DNA of 64,000 bases from Alphaproteobacteria bacterium (GTDB lineage Bacteria; Pseudomonadota; Alphaproteobacteria; GCA-2731375). Below the pieces are notes generated by a model. It had not been told where the DNA came from. It ran no database searches and saw only the letters and a program-made list of their open reading frames with translations. The stretch lies in contig CBDDPY010000002.1 of NCBI GenBank assembly GCA_965232515.1, positions 6,752,001 to 6,816,000 on the forward strand. Direction: 5' to 3'. A program made the translations under genes and the position numbers. Of the stretch, positions 49,028 to 58,439 are shown piece after piece; the stretch's first letter is position 1; every line of letters begins with the position of its first letter.

Positions 49028-49338
49028 TGGTCCATGTCCTTAAGCAGAGCTTTCAATGCGTCGACCCGCGCGGGCCAGTAGGCGCGATACTTCGCCAGCC
49101 ATCCGGCGATCAGCGCCAAACCGTCCGGATCGACCTCGTAATTCACGAAACGGCCCTGCCGTTCATGCCGTACCAGTTTTGCGTTGCGCAGCACGGAAAG
49201 GTGCTGGGACATGGCCGGCTGGCTGATCTCCATGCCTTGCCGCAGGGCACTGGCGTTCATGCCGCCCGACGCCAGCTTCTCGAAGATCGCGCGGCGGGTC
49301 GGATCGGCAAGCGCCCTGAAGATGTCGTTCTCGATCAT
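49024..49338 (-). CDS. ArsR/SmtB family transcriptional regulator
   Basis: IFRALADPTRRAI and ISQPAMSQHLSVLR. Confidence 0.92.
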   Translation of the reverse strand: MIENDIFRALADPTRRAIFEKLASGGMNASALRQGMEISQPAMSQHLSVLRNAKLVRHERQGRFVNYEVDPDGLALIAGWLAKYRAYWPARVDALKALLKDMDQ

Positions 49339-49340
49339 GC

Positions 49341-49368
49341 AATCACATAAGTACAGACTTATGTGATT
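49341..49368. promoter_or_regulatory. Putative ArsR operator palindrome
   Basis: AATCACATAAGT-N4-ACTTATGTGATT, a perfect 12-bp inverted repeat next to the arsR start codon. Confidence 0.8.
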
Positions 49369-49512
49369 CGCAAGCATTTTTTGCGCCGGTTGCGGCTGGC
49401 GAGGCGCGGAGGGGGCGGGAACTGACCCGAGGCGGCCGTCCGGCCAGGCGATGTGGACGACGGCCAAGCGGACATTTTCTGACAAATCTGCCGTCGTATG
49501 TTACTTGGCCCC

Positions 49513-50244
49513 ATGCGCGCTTCCTACGATACGATCGGCGTCAATTATTCCGACCTCAGGAAACCCGACTCCCGGATCGAGATGGTGATCGGAAGGGCGC
49601 TGGGGTCCGCAAGAACCGTCCTCAATGTTGGCGCTGGAGCGGGGTCGTACGAGCCGGCCGACAGGCAAGTCACGGCTGTCGAGCCTTCGGCGGAGATGAT
49701 CCGACAGCGCGGCGCCTCGGCGGCTACCGTTATTCAGGGTTATGCGGAAGACCTGCCTTTCGACGACAATTCCTTTGATGCGTCGATGGCGATCCTGACG
49801 GTCCACCATTGGGCCGATAAGGAGAAAGGCCTCAAAGAAATGCGTCGCGTGACGCGGGACCGGGTCGTCGTGCTGACATACGACCCTTCGATTCGTGGCT
49901 TCTGGCTTGCCGACTACATTCCGGAACTCGTGGCGTTGGACGAGGGGCAAATGCCTCGGATGACGGACTACGAGGCCTGGCTTGGTCCGGTAGAGATCAA
50001 GGCGGTTCCCATTCCGCATGACTGTACGGACGGTTTCTTGTGCGCCTATTGGCGGCGGCCGGCGGCCTATCTCGATCCCAGAATTCGGGCCGCCATGTCG
50101 TCCTTCTGGGCGATAGGTGACGTTTCGACGGCGTTGGCAAAGCTCGAGAGCGATCTGCAGTCCGGGGCTTGGGACCAGCGCTATTCGGAACTGCTCAACC
50201 TCGATGCGTGCGACTTTGGCTACCGCCTCGTCACGACGAAATAA
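49513..50244 (+). CDS. Class I SAM-dependent methyltransferase
   Basis: VLNVGAGAGSYE, AVEPS and AEDLPFDDNSFDA. Confidence 0.88.
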   Translation: MRASYDTIGVNYSDLRKPDSRIEMVIGRALGSARTVLNVGAGAGSYEPADRQVTAVEPSAEMIRQRGASAATVIQGYAEDLPFDDNSFDASMAILTVHHWADKEKGLKEMRRVTRDRVVVLTYDPSIRGFWLADYIPELVALDEGQMPRMTDYEAWLGPVEIKAVPIPHDCTDGFLCAYWRRPAAYLDPRIRAAMSSFWAIGDVSTALAKLESDLQSGAWDQRYSELLNLDACDFGYRLVTTK

Positions 50245-50375
50245 CACGCGCTGAAGATCGAGAGGCTCGATCCCGGTCAAAGGTCCGTCTCGGCCACAAC
50301 GAATTCGCCGTCTCGACCGGCAGGCTGACGCGCCCGCGGTGAGGAAGGCGGGCTGGGGGGCGGCGCGGCCGACTG

Positions 50376-51146
50376 TTAGTCGGCACTCGCTGGGAACCGG
50401 CCGACGAAAAACGCGTAGCCATACCAGTCGCCGAAACGCCGCCGCATGTCGATTTCGCGCTCGGTTGTCGCGATAATCCCAAGCGCCGCATCGTCGCCGG
50501 CATATCTTTCGCGCAACGTCGGCAGCTTTGCCGCCAGCGGCGTGTAATAGTGTTCCCACCAGGCGGCGTCGGGCAGGGTGAAATGGCCAAGCGGTTCGTA
50601 ACCGCATTGCCGGACGGTCTCCACGTTTGTCTCGACGTCGGCCATGGCCGGGTATTCGCTGGCAAAGAATTCGGTCACTTCGGCGGGCGGATCCGGCCGA
50701 AGCCACACCAGCTCGGAGGCAGCGATACATCCGGCGGGTCTGAGAAACCGCCGCCAGGCGACCAACGCCGTCTCAAAACCCATGATATAGGCCGAGCCTT
50801 CAGCCCAGATGAGATCGAAGCTTTCGGGGCCGAACGGCAGCGCGCTCATATCCGCCGTCAGCGTCTCAATGCGTTCGGCGACGCCTGCCGCCTCGGCGCG
50901 CACTTGCAACGCATCGAGATACTCCTGGAACACATCCACGGCCGTGATGAGGCCGTTGCAAGCCTTTGCCAGGGCGACGGTCTGCATACCCGGTCCGCAG
51001 CCGATGTCGAGGACGGCCGGCCGCGGCGGCAGGCCGCGGCACAGGGAGAGCGCTTTAAGCGTGCTCTCGTCGCAACCCGGTCCTTGCCGGGGCAGGCCGC
51101 GTTGCACATCCAGGAAGATCTCGAAAAGGCGCGGATCTTCATCCAT
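50376..51146 (-). CDS. Class I SAM-dependent methyltransferase
   Basis: LPRQGPG, VLDIGCGPG and FDLIWAEGSAY. Confidence 0.88.
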   Translation of the reverse strand: MDEDPRLFEIFLDVQRGLPRQGPGCDESTLKALSLCRGLPPRPAVLDIGCGPGMQTVALAKACNGLITAVDVFQEYLDALQVRAEAAGVAERIETLTADMSALPFGPESFDLIWAEGSAYIMGFETALVAWRRFLRPAGCIAASELVWLRPDPPAEVTEFFASEYPAMADVETNVETVRQCGYEPLGHFTLPDAAWWEHYYTPLAAKLPTLRERYAGDDAALGIIATTEREIDMRRRFGDWYGYAFFVGRFPASAD

Positions 51147-51303
51147 TCGCGTTGCTCTGCGTCGATACGGGTTGCAGGGAAAACAAGTCTGTCAGTCGTG
51201 GGTCGGCACCGACGCTGCAGCCTGCAGCGTGGCTTCATGATATCCGGAATGCCGGGCCCGGCGATGATTCACGTCAATCTGACCTGCGAACTCTGAATCG
51301 CCG

Positions 51304-52794
51304 TCATTCATTCGGCCTGTTTGGCTCTATGGAACTGTGCGGCGTGTGATCCAGCGGTCGGCCCTTCGCGCCGAGAAACACGAACCGGACCGTCGCCGCG
51401 AGGCCGATAGCAATAAAGGGTAGGCAGAACAGGAAGATGGACCTTGCGGTATACGCGATGGCTTCCATGTCGGAGACTTCCGTGAAGCCGGTGGCGTTGG
51501 CGACGATGCCGACATAGGCCGCGCCGACGGCATAGCCCAGCCGTTGCACGGTCGGAATGGCGCCGGCGACGCGTTCGGTGTCGTCCGGCGGCGCCAGGGC
51601 CGTCATCTGCCGCAGGATGAAGCCCCAGGCCATGCCGAAGCCGACGCCCTCCGAGGCCGACAGGACCGCGATCAGCCCAAGCGGGCCCTGCGGCACGGCA
51701 TGGACAAAACCGGCAAAGCTCGCGCCGACCAGCAGCATGCCGGCGAGGATGAATTTCAGGTCATGGCGCGCCGGCGATCCGGAGACGATGACGGCGGCAA
51801 TGGTCCAGCCGATCGAGGCGCAGGCGATGATGTAACCTGCCGTCATGGCCGAGGCGCCATGCAGCATCACCATCAGCAGCGGTCCGTAGGCGGACATGGC
51901 GACCGTCGCGATGGCCATGCAGAAGATCATGACCAGCGCCGATCCGACCGGCGTGGCGAAGCCGAGCGCCCGGCGCGGCAGCAGCCGGGCGGCGTCGCTT
52001 CGGGTATCGAGGAACAGAAAGCCGGCGATTGCGGCGATGCCCGCGAGCACGAAGAACGCCGTGCGCAACGGCGCGACCTCGACCCCGCCATAGGCGATCA
52101 GCACGACGCCGGCCGCGAGCAGAGCGAGGCGCGGCGTGACGATCCGGCCGGCATTGTCGCGGTCCGCCGGTCGTTCGCGGACATTCCGCGCCAGCGCGAT
52201 CCATAGCGACAGCGCGAGCGCCTGCGCGGCGAAGAACCAGAATCCGCTGCGCCAGTCCGCGTGCGCGACGAAAAGGCCGCCGATCAGCGGCCCGAGAAAG
52301 GCGGATACGCCCCAGAGCGCCGAAATTGCCGCGATGGCGCGTGGGATCAACGGTTTTGGAAACAGTACACCGGTGGCGACGAACGAGAGCGCCATCAATC
52401 CGCCGCCGCCGAGGCCCTGCAGAAGACGCCCGACCAGGACGACCCACATGGCCGGCGCCAGGGCGCTGATCGCGCAGCCCAGCGCAAAAACGGCGGCGGC
52501 CACGCTCATCGGCAGACGCACGCCATGGCGGGTGGCCAGCAGCCCGCTGGCCGCGCCCGTGAGGATGGTGCCGATCTCGTAGAGCGAGATCGTCCAGCCG
52601 ACAAGCGCTTCGCCGCCGATCTCGGTCACGAGCGCCGGCAGCATGGTGGCGACCAAGAGGCCGTTCGCCGCGTGCAGCCAGACGCCCAGACAGACCAGGA
52701 TCAGCGCGGGGCCATGCCGGCGCGTGAGGATGTCGGTCCACCCGACGGGGCCGTCGTCGGGGCGGTTGTGGAAGTTGTCCGTCACCGAAACCAT
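51304..52794 (-). CDS. MFS transporter (14-TM DHA2-like)
   Basis: GRLLQGLGGG and GPLIGG...WRSGFW. Confidence 0.85.
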   Translation of the reverse strand: MVSVTDNFHNRPDDGPVGWTDILTRRHGPALILVCLGVWLHAANGLLVATMLPALVTEIGGEALVGWTISLYEIGTILTGAASGLLATRHGVRLPMSVAAAVFALGCAISALAPAMWVVLVGRLLQGLGGGGLMALSFVATGVLFPKPLIPRAIAAISALWGVSAFLGPLIGGLFVAHADWRSGFWFFAAQALALSLWIALARNVRERPADRDNAGRIVTPRLALLAAGVVLIAYGGVEVAPLRTAFFVLAGIAAIAGFLFLDTRSDAARLLPRRALGFATPVGSALVMIFCMAIATVAMSAYGPLLMVMLHGASAMTAGYIIACASIGWTIAAVIVSGSPARHDLKFILAGMLLVGASFAGFVHAVPQGPLGLIAVLSASEGVGFGMAWGFILRQMTALAPPDDTERVAGAIPTVQRLGYAVGAAYVGIVANATGFTEVSDMEAIAYTARSIFLFCLPFIAIGLAATVRFVFLGAKGRPLDHTPHSSIEPNRPNE

Positions 52795-52959
52795 GCTGAT
52801 TTAAAAGCAAAAACTTTAGAAAGTATATGCTTTATAAACCGGCGAAGCCATGTCGAATTTCAGACCGCGCGCAACCGACAGCTCGCGCACGCACAACAGC
52901 GTTATCTCGCGACCGATGCGGGCGCCGCGACGGTCTCGACAATCGACTCGTCGGATCCG

Positions 52960-53499
52960 CTATTCGGCGGCGACGATCTCACCGCAGGCGACGCGTGAGC
53001 CGGAGCCGCCGATGGGCTGGGAGACGTGATCGTCGGGATTTTCGTGAATGACGAAGGTGGAGCCGTCGGCGTCGAGCAGGTTGTTCGGGCCCTCGGTCAG
53101 CGACACCAGGGTCGTGAAGGCCTCCATCTCGCCGATGCCGTCGGCGCCGACGAAGATGTTGGGCAGGTCGCCCGGCTCCGGCCCCTTGGGGTTCAGCAGG
53201 CCGTGACCGCCCGCGACCAGGCCGACATGGCCCTTGGCGGTCTTGAAGCGCTCGCCGGGCTCGCAGACGCCGTGGCTGTGCAGGTGCAGGCCGTGGGCGC
53301 CGGGCGTCAGCCCGGAGACCTTGATATGCAGCAGAACGCCGGCCGGTCCCTGGCGCAGGGTCGCCGTGCCGATCTCCGCGCCATCGACATTGATAATGGT
53401 GGCTTGGGCCTTGGCGGCTTTCGCGTGGCCATCGGCCAGCGTCGGGCTTGCCGCCGTAATGAAGGCAAGCGTGGCGGCGGCGAGAACAGGAACATGCAT
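52960..53499 (-). CDS. sodC: Periplasmic Cu/Zn superoxide dismutase family protein
   Basis: Signal peptide; HGLHLH, GDLPNI and VIHENPDD..QPIGGSGSRVACG. Confidence 0.9.
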   Translation of the reverse strand: MHVPVLAAATLAFITAASPTLADGHAKAAKAQATIINVDGAEIGTATLRQGPAGVLLHIKVSGLTPGAHGLHLHSHGVCEPGERFKTAKGHVGLVAGGHGLLNPKGPEPGDLPNIFVGADGIGEMEAFTTLVSLTEGPNNLLDADGSTFVIHENPDDHVSQPIGGSGSRVACGEIVAAE

Positions 53500-53812
53500 G
53501 GCAATCCACTCCACGGGACATCGCATCAAGCAACCGCGCTCGATGGATATCACCTGTGGATGATTTTCGCCCGGACAACTCTTGACTCACGGCTTTTTGA
53601 CCTGGGCGGCGCTGCAACAGCCGCTGCTTGCCGGCCCGCCGGGCGCGGAAACCATTGAAACAATTTTCCGTGTCAGTGGAAACCGAACTGACGCAGAGCT
53701 ACCCCATTTCTCGAACGACTGGGAGAGGCAACCGGCTCAAGCACCACACGCACCGCCGAATGAACCCGGTCGCGAGAGGGGCTTGGGCACAATTCCAAGA
53801 GAGGATAAGGAA

Positions 53813-54388
53813 ATGACCCAGGACTCCGTTCAGAACACAGCAACGGACGTAAACAACGGTGTCAATGTGGAGGCTTTGCTCGGCGCCCGAGAAGCGTTGG
53901 ACGCGACCCCCGAGGCGGCGCAGTTCAAGTGGCGCGCCACCTGCGAGTGGGTGAACGGCACACATAGCCGGTCGACCGTGAGCGGCTTCTTCGGTCTCGG
54001 CGAAGAGCAGTCGCGCGGCAAGACCTTTACCCTGGAAGCCGATCACCCCGAAGTATTCGCGTCCGAGGACAAGGCGCCGACACCGGCCGAGATCGTATTG
54101 TCGGGGCTGGCCAGCTGCCTGACGGCCGGCGTCGCCGCCGTCGCCCAGCATCGCGGCATTCAGTTGCGATCGGTCAAGGCCACGATCGAAGGTGACATGG
54201 ACCTGCAGGGCATCCTCGGCATCGACGACCAGGTCCGTAACGGCTTCGGCGGCATCCGCGTGCACTTCGACATCGACGCCGATGCCGACGCTGACGACAT
54301 CAAGGCGCTGGTCGCCCAGTCGCAGAAGCGCTCCGCGGTCTTCGACGTCGTCACCAATCCGACCAACGTCTTCGTTACCGTCAACTGA
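53813..54388 (+). CDS. OsmC family protein
   Basis: NGVNVEALL, ADHPEVFASED, LASCLTAG and SQKRSAVFD. Confidence 0.88.
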   Translation: MTQDSVQNTATDVNNGVNVEALLGAREALDATPEAAQFKWRATCEWVNGTHSRSTVSGFFGLGEEQSRGKTFTLEADHPEVFASEDKAPTPAEIVLSGLASCLTAGVAAVAQHRGIQLRSVKATIEGDMDLQGILGIDDQVRNGFGGIRVHFDIDADADADDIKALVAQSQKRSAVFDVVTNPTNVFVTVN

Positions 54389-54417
54389 CCGCCCTCAACC
54401 GGTAGGGGACGGCGGTC

Positions 54418-55659
54418 GTGACGTACGCGACGACCGTCATCGTCGGCGCCGGGCATGCCGGGCTGGCGATGAGTAAACACCTTGCCGACCGCTCGATCGA
54501 CCACGTGTTGATCGAGCGGGGCGAGGTTGCCCATTCATGGCGGACGGAGCGGTGGGACTCGCTGCGTCTGCTGACACCCAACTGGCAGAGCCGTCTGCCG
54601 GGCTATGCCTGGTCCGGCGGCGATCCGGACGGCTATATGGACATGGCCGACGTCGTCCGATTCGTGCAGGGCTATGCCGAGGCCATCGCGGCGCCGGTCG
54701 AATGCGGCACCACCGTGACGTCGGTCCGCCAGGCGGAGCATGGCTACGACGTGGTCACCGATCGCGGCACCTGGCGTTGCCGGATGCTGGTCCTGGCGAG
54801 TGGCGCCTGCAACGTCGCGACCGTGCCGCCGGTCGCCGAGGCATTGCCGGTGGCGATCGAAAGCCGGACGCCCATGCAGTACCGGAACCCGGACGGCCTG
54901 GCCGACGGCGGCGTGCTGGTCGTCGGCGCGTCGGCGACCGGCGTTCAGCTCGCGGCCGAGATCCAGGCTTCGGGCCGGCAGGTCACGCTCTCCGTCGGTG
55001 AGCACATTCGCATGCCGCGCCTTTATCGCGGCCGCGACATCGCCTGGTGGATGGACGTGACCGGCGTGATGGGCCTGACTTACACGGAGGTCGATGACAT
55101 CAGGCGGGCGCGGCGGGTGCCGTCATTGCAGCTCGTCGGTACGCCGGAGCGGCAGACGTTGGATCTGAACGCGCTGCGTCGCGAGGGCGTCGAGATCGTC
55201 GGCCGCCTGGCCGGCATGCGGGACGGCGAGGTGCAGTTCTCGGGCGCGCTCGGCAACCAGTGCGCGCTCGCGGACCTGAAAATGAACCGGCTGCTCGATT
55301 CCATCGACGACTGGATCGCGGCGAACGGCATGGACGGCGAGGTCGGTCCGCCGCAGCGTTTCGACGCCACCGAGGTCGACGCCAACCCGCGGCTGTCCAT
55401 GAACCTTGTCGACGCCGGCATCCGCACGGTGATCTGGGCGACGGGATACCGCCCGGATTATTCCTGGCTCGACGTGCCGGTGCTGGATCGCAAGGGCCGC
55501 ATCCGCCATGACGGCGGCGTGGTCGATGCGCCCGGCATGTACGTGCTGGGGCTGCCGTTCCTGCGGCGGCGCAAGTCGTCCTTCATCGACGGCGCCGGCG
55601 ACGATGCCCACGACCTGGCCGAGCACCTGCTCGCCAGGCTGCGCTCCGCGGCGGCGTGA
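54418..55659 (+). CDS. Flavin-containing monooxygenase / NAD(P)-FAD oxidoreductase
   Basis: VGAGHAGL, RWDSLRLLTPNW, VVGASATG and IWATGY. Confidence 0.88.
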   Translation: MTYATTVIVGAGHAGLAMSKHLADRSIDHVLIERGEVAHSWRTERWDSLRLLTPNWQSRLPGYAWSGGDPDGYMDMADVVRFVQGYAEAIAAPVECGTTVTSVRQAEHGYDVVTDRGTWRCRMLVLASGACNVATVPPVAEALPVAIESRTPMQYRNPDGLADGGVLVVGASATGVQLAAEIQASGRQVTLSVGEHIRMPRLYRGRDIAWWMDVTGVMGLTYTEVDDIRRARRVPSLQLVGTPERQTLDLNALRREGVEIVGRLAGMRDGEVQFSGALGNQCALADLKMNRLLDSIDDWIAANGMDGEVGPPQRFDATEVDANPRLSMNLVDAGIRTVIWATGYRPDYSWLDVPVLDRKGRIRHDGGVVDAPGMYVLGLPFLRRRKSSFIDGAGDDAHDLAEHLLARLRSAAA

Positions 55660-55669
55660 GGCGGCGGTG

Positions 55670-56845
55670 ATGAACGATCGACAAACGTGCAGTGCGCGCT
55701 ACGACGCCGTGATCGTCGGCGCGCGCTGCGCCGGGGCCGCGACGGCGATGCTGCTGGCCCGGTCCGGGGCCAGGGTGCTGCTGATCGACCGCCAGAAATA
55801 CGGCACGGATGTGGTCTCGACCCATGCCCTGATGCGCGGCGGGGTCCTGCAGCTCCGGCGCTGGGGCCTGTTGCCCCGGCTGATCGCCGCCGGTACGCCG
55901 GAAGTGCGCCGGACCACGTTCCACTATGGCGACGAGACGATCCCGGTCCCGATCAAATCGGAGCATGACGTCGACTATCTGTGCGCGCCGCGCCGCACCG
56001 TGCTGGATCGGATCCTTGTGGATGCGGCCAGCGATGCCGGCGTCGAGGTGCGCCACGGCGTTTCGCTGACGGACCTGCGGCGTGCCGCCGACGGCCGTGT
56101 GATCGGCGTGGATCTGAAGGACCCGGACATTGATGGCGTCGTCGCGGTGAATGCCGACATGGTGATCGGCGCGGATGGACGTCAGTCAACCGTCGCCCGT
56201 CTGGTCCAGGCGCCGTTCACCGTCGAGGGCACGCAAGCGTCCGGCTACGTCTATGGCTATTTCGAGAACCTCGCGGACGACGGCTATCACTGGTACTTCG
56301 CACGCGATGTGGCGGCCGGCGTCATTCCGACGAACCACCTGCAGCACTGCGTCTTCGTCGGCGTGCGGCGCGCGGAATTCGCGTCCGTGTTCCGCGGCAA
56401 TCTGGACGGCGGCTTCCGGCAGGTGGCGCGCGCGAACGCGGACTCGCTGGCCGAGCAGATCGACGATGCCTGTCTGGCCGGACGCCTGCGCGGCTTTGCC
56501 GGCAGCCCTGGTTACCTCAGGCAGTCCTACGGCCCGGGCTGGGCGCTGGTCGGCGATGCCGGCTACTTCAAGGACCCGTTGACTGCGCACGGCATCACCG
56601 ACGCCTTGCGCGACGCCGAGCTACTGGCCCGCGCCGTCGGCGCGGGCACGGAAGTGGCGCTGGCGCGGTATCAGGACATACGCGATGCGCTGTCCCGGCC
56701 GTTGCTGGACGTCACCGATGCGATTGCCTCGTTCGACTGGACCCTCGACGAGGTCAAGGCGCATCACGCCGATCTGAGCGACGCCATGAAGGCGGAAGTC
56801 AATCACATCGCCAGGCTATCCGCGACGGACACCCTGGCAGCCTAG
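55670..56845 (+). CDS. FAD-dependent oxidoreductase (geranylgeranyl reductase / monooxygenase-like)
   Basis: IVGARCAG, VIGADG and GWALVGDAGYFKDPLTAHGITDA. Confidence 0.88.
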   Translation: MNDRQTCSARYDAVIVGARCAGAATAMLLARSGARVLLIDRQKYGTDVVSTHALMRGGVLQLRRWGLLPRLIAAGTPEVRRTTFHYGDETIPVPIKSEHDVDYLCAPRRTVLDRILVDAASDAGVEVRHGVSLTDLRRAADGRVIGVDLKDPDIDGVVAVNADMVIGADGRQSTVARLVQAPFTVEGTQASGYVYGYFENLADDGYHWYFARDVAAGVIPTNHLQHCVFVGVRRAEFASVFRGNLDGGFRQVARANADSLAEQIDDACLAGRLRGFAGSPGYLRQSYGPGWALVGDAGYFKDPLTAHGITDALRDAELLARAVGAGTEVALARYQDIRDALSRPLLDVTDAIASFDWTLDEVKAHHADLSDAMKAEVNHIARLSATDTLAA

Positions 56846-56856
56846 GAGTGAGGACA

Positions 56857-57315
56857 ATGACCACGACAACCAAAGCGAAATCACCCTGGAACCGCACCAT
56901 CGCCGGTCAACCCGCGAAAGGCGCAACGGCAAAGCGAACGCGGACGACGAACATGCGGGATGTCGAGATGTTCACCGAGATGACCGGTGACCGGAACCCG
57001 ATCCACTACGACGAGGCGCTGGCGACCGCGTCGCCGTTCGGCGGCCTGATCGTGCAGGGCGGCGTGACCACGGGCCTGCTGAACGCCGCCGTCGCCGAGG
57101 ACCTGCCGGGCCCCGGCACGGTCTTCCTGGAAACCAACTGGAAGTTCGTCAAGGCCGTGAAGGTGGGCGAGACGATCACCGCCACGGTGACCGTCGCCGA
57201 CGTGCGCGACGACAAGCCGATCTGCAAGCTGGAGACGGTCGTGCGCAATAGCGACGGCGACGACTGCGTCGTCGGCACCGCCACCACCTACACGATGCCG
57301 CTGTCGAACGGCTGA
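56857..57315 (+). CDS. MaoC family dehydratase
   Basis: TGDRNPIHYD and LPGPGTVFL. Confidence 0.88.
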   Translation: MTTTTKAKSPWNRTIAGQPAKGATAKRTRTTNMRDVEMFTEMTGDRNPIHYDEALATASPFGGLIVQGGVTTGLLNAAVAEDLPGPGTVFLETNWKFVKAVKVGETITATVTVADVRDDKPICKLETVVRNSDGDDCVVGTATTYTMPLSNG

Positions 57316-57322
57316 GTTCGGG

Positions 57323-57757
57323 CTAAACCGGTTCGGCGAGGAAGACCGGGATCTTCCGGTCGGTCTTGGCCTGGTAGTCGTCGTAGGGCGGATAGGCCTT
57401 GGCGGCGGCGGCCCAGAGGCGGGCGCGCTCGTCGTCGTCGCTCACCTCGCGGACCCGCGCCTTGATCACCTCCGTGTGGTCGCGGATTTCGACATCAGGG
57501 TTGGCGCGCAGGTTGTGGACCCAGACCGGGTCCTTGGGCCGGCCGCCATAGGAGCCGATCAGGACGTGGCCGCCGTCGACCTTGACCTGCATGACCGGGA
57601 TCTTGCGGATGGCGCCGGTCTTGTTGCCGGTATGGGTGATGATGATGCAGGGCAGGCCGGTGTCGCGCAGCGTCGTGCCTTCGGTGCCGCCGCTGCTCTC
57701 ATAGAGCTCGACCTGCTCGCGCACCCAATCGATGGCGGGCGGGATGTATTCGGGCAT
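57323..57757 (-). CDS. Deazaflavin (F420)-dependent nitroreductase family (Ddn, FDOR-A) protein
   Basis: GNKTGAIRKIP, SYGGRPKDPVWVHNLRANP and YQAKTDRKIPVF. Confidence 0.88.
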   Translation of the reverse strand: MPEYIPPAIDWVREQVELYESSGGTEGTTLRDTGLPCIIITHTGNKTGAIRKIPVMQVKVDGGHVLIGSYGGRPKDPVWVHNLRANPDVEIRDHTEVIKARVREVSDDDERARLWAAAAKAYPPYDDYQAKTDRKIPVFLAEPV

Positions 57758-57883
57758 GGTGACCTCCTGTCGATCCGTCGCGCGACTCTGACACAAGCGC
57801 GCGAGCTATGAAATGCGGGCTAAGGATGACGTAGTGAATGCGTTGCGTCATTGTTAGGCCCTTGCAAGGTCTGGGGGCCGAAC

Positions 57884-58357
57884 ATGCCTGACATCCGCGC
57901 GTTCCGGGATGCCGACATCGGCGCGCTGCAGCGGCTGATCTTCGAGACCATCGACGTCAGCTATGCGCCGGTCTATCCGCCGCGCGCGCTCGCGTTCTTC
58001 AAGACGTTTCATGGCGAGGCGGAACTCCGGGCGCGCGGCCGGACCGGCACCATTCTCGTGATCGAGGACGATGGCGAGCTGATCGCCACGGGCAGCCTGG
58101 TCGGCAACGAGATCCTCGCCGTGTTCGTCCGCCCGGGCCTGCAGGGCGGCGGCTACGGCAAGGCGCTGATGCGGGCCTTGGAAGAGAAGGCGCGCGCCGA
58201 CGGCGAGACGGAATGCGCGCTCAGCATCTCGCTACCGTCGCTGAAATTTTATCAGGGGCTCGGCTACGAGGTCCTCGAAGAACGCTCGCGGGATCTCGGC
58301 GACGGACAGCGGCTGGACTTCTGGAAAGCGAAGAAGTCATTGGCGTCGACGCCTTGA
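57884..58357 (+). CDS. GNAT family N-acetyltransferase
   Basis: VFVRPGLQGGGYGKALM and FYQGLGY. Confidence 0.85.
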   Translation: MPDIRAFRDADIGALQRLIFETIDVSYAPVYPPRALAFFKTFHGEAELRARGRTGTILVIEDDGELIATGSLVGNEILAVFVRPGLQGGGYGKALMRALEEKARADGETECALSISLPSLKFYQGLGYEVLEERSRDLGDGQRLDFWKAKKSLASTP

Positions 58358-58439
58358 CACCCATGGCGGGCGGACCGCAGTCTTTCTCGTGATCGTTGAT
58401 TGACGAGCGCCGGAACCATGACCTGCCGTCTCGTGTCCG

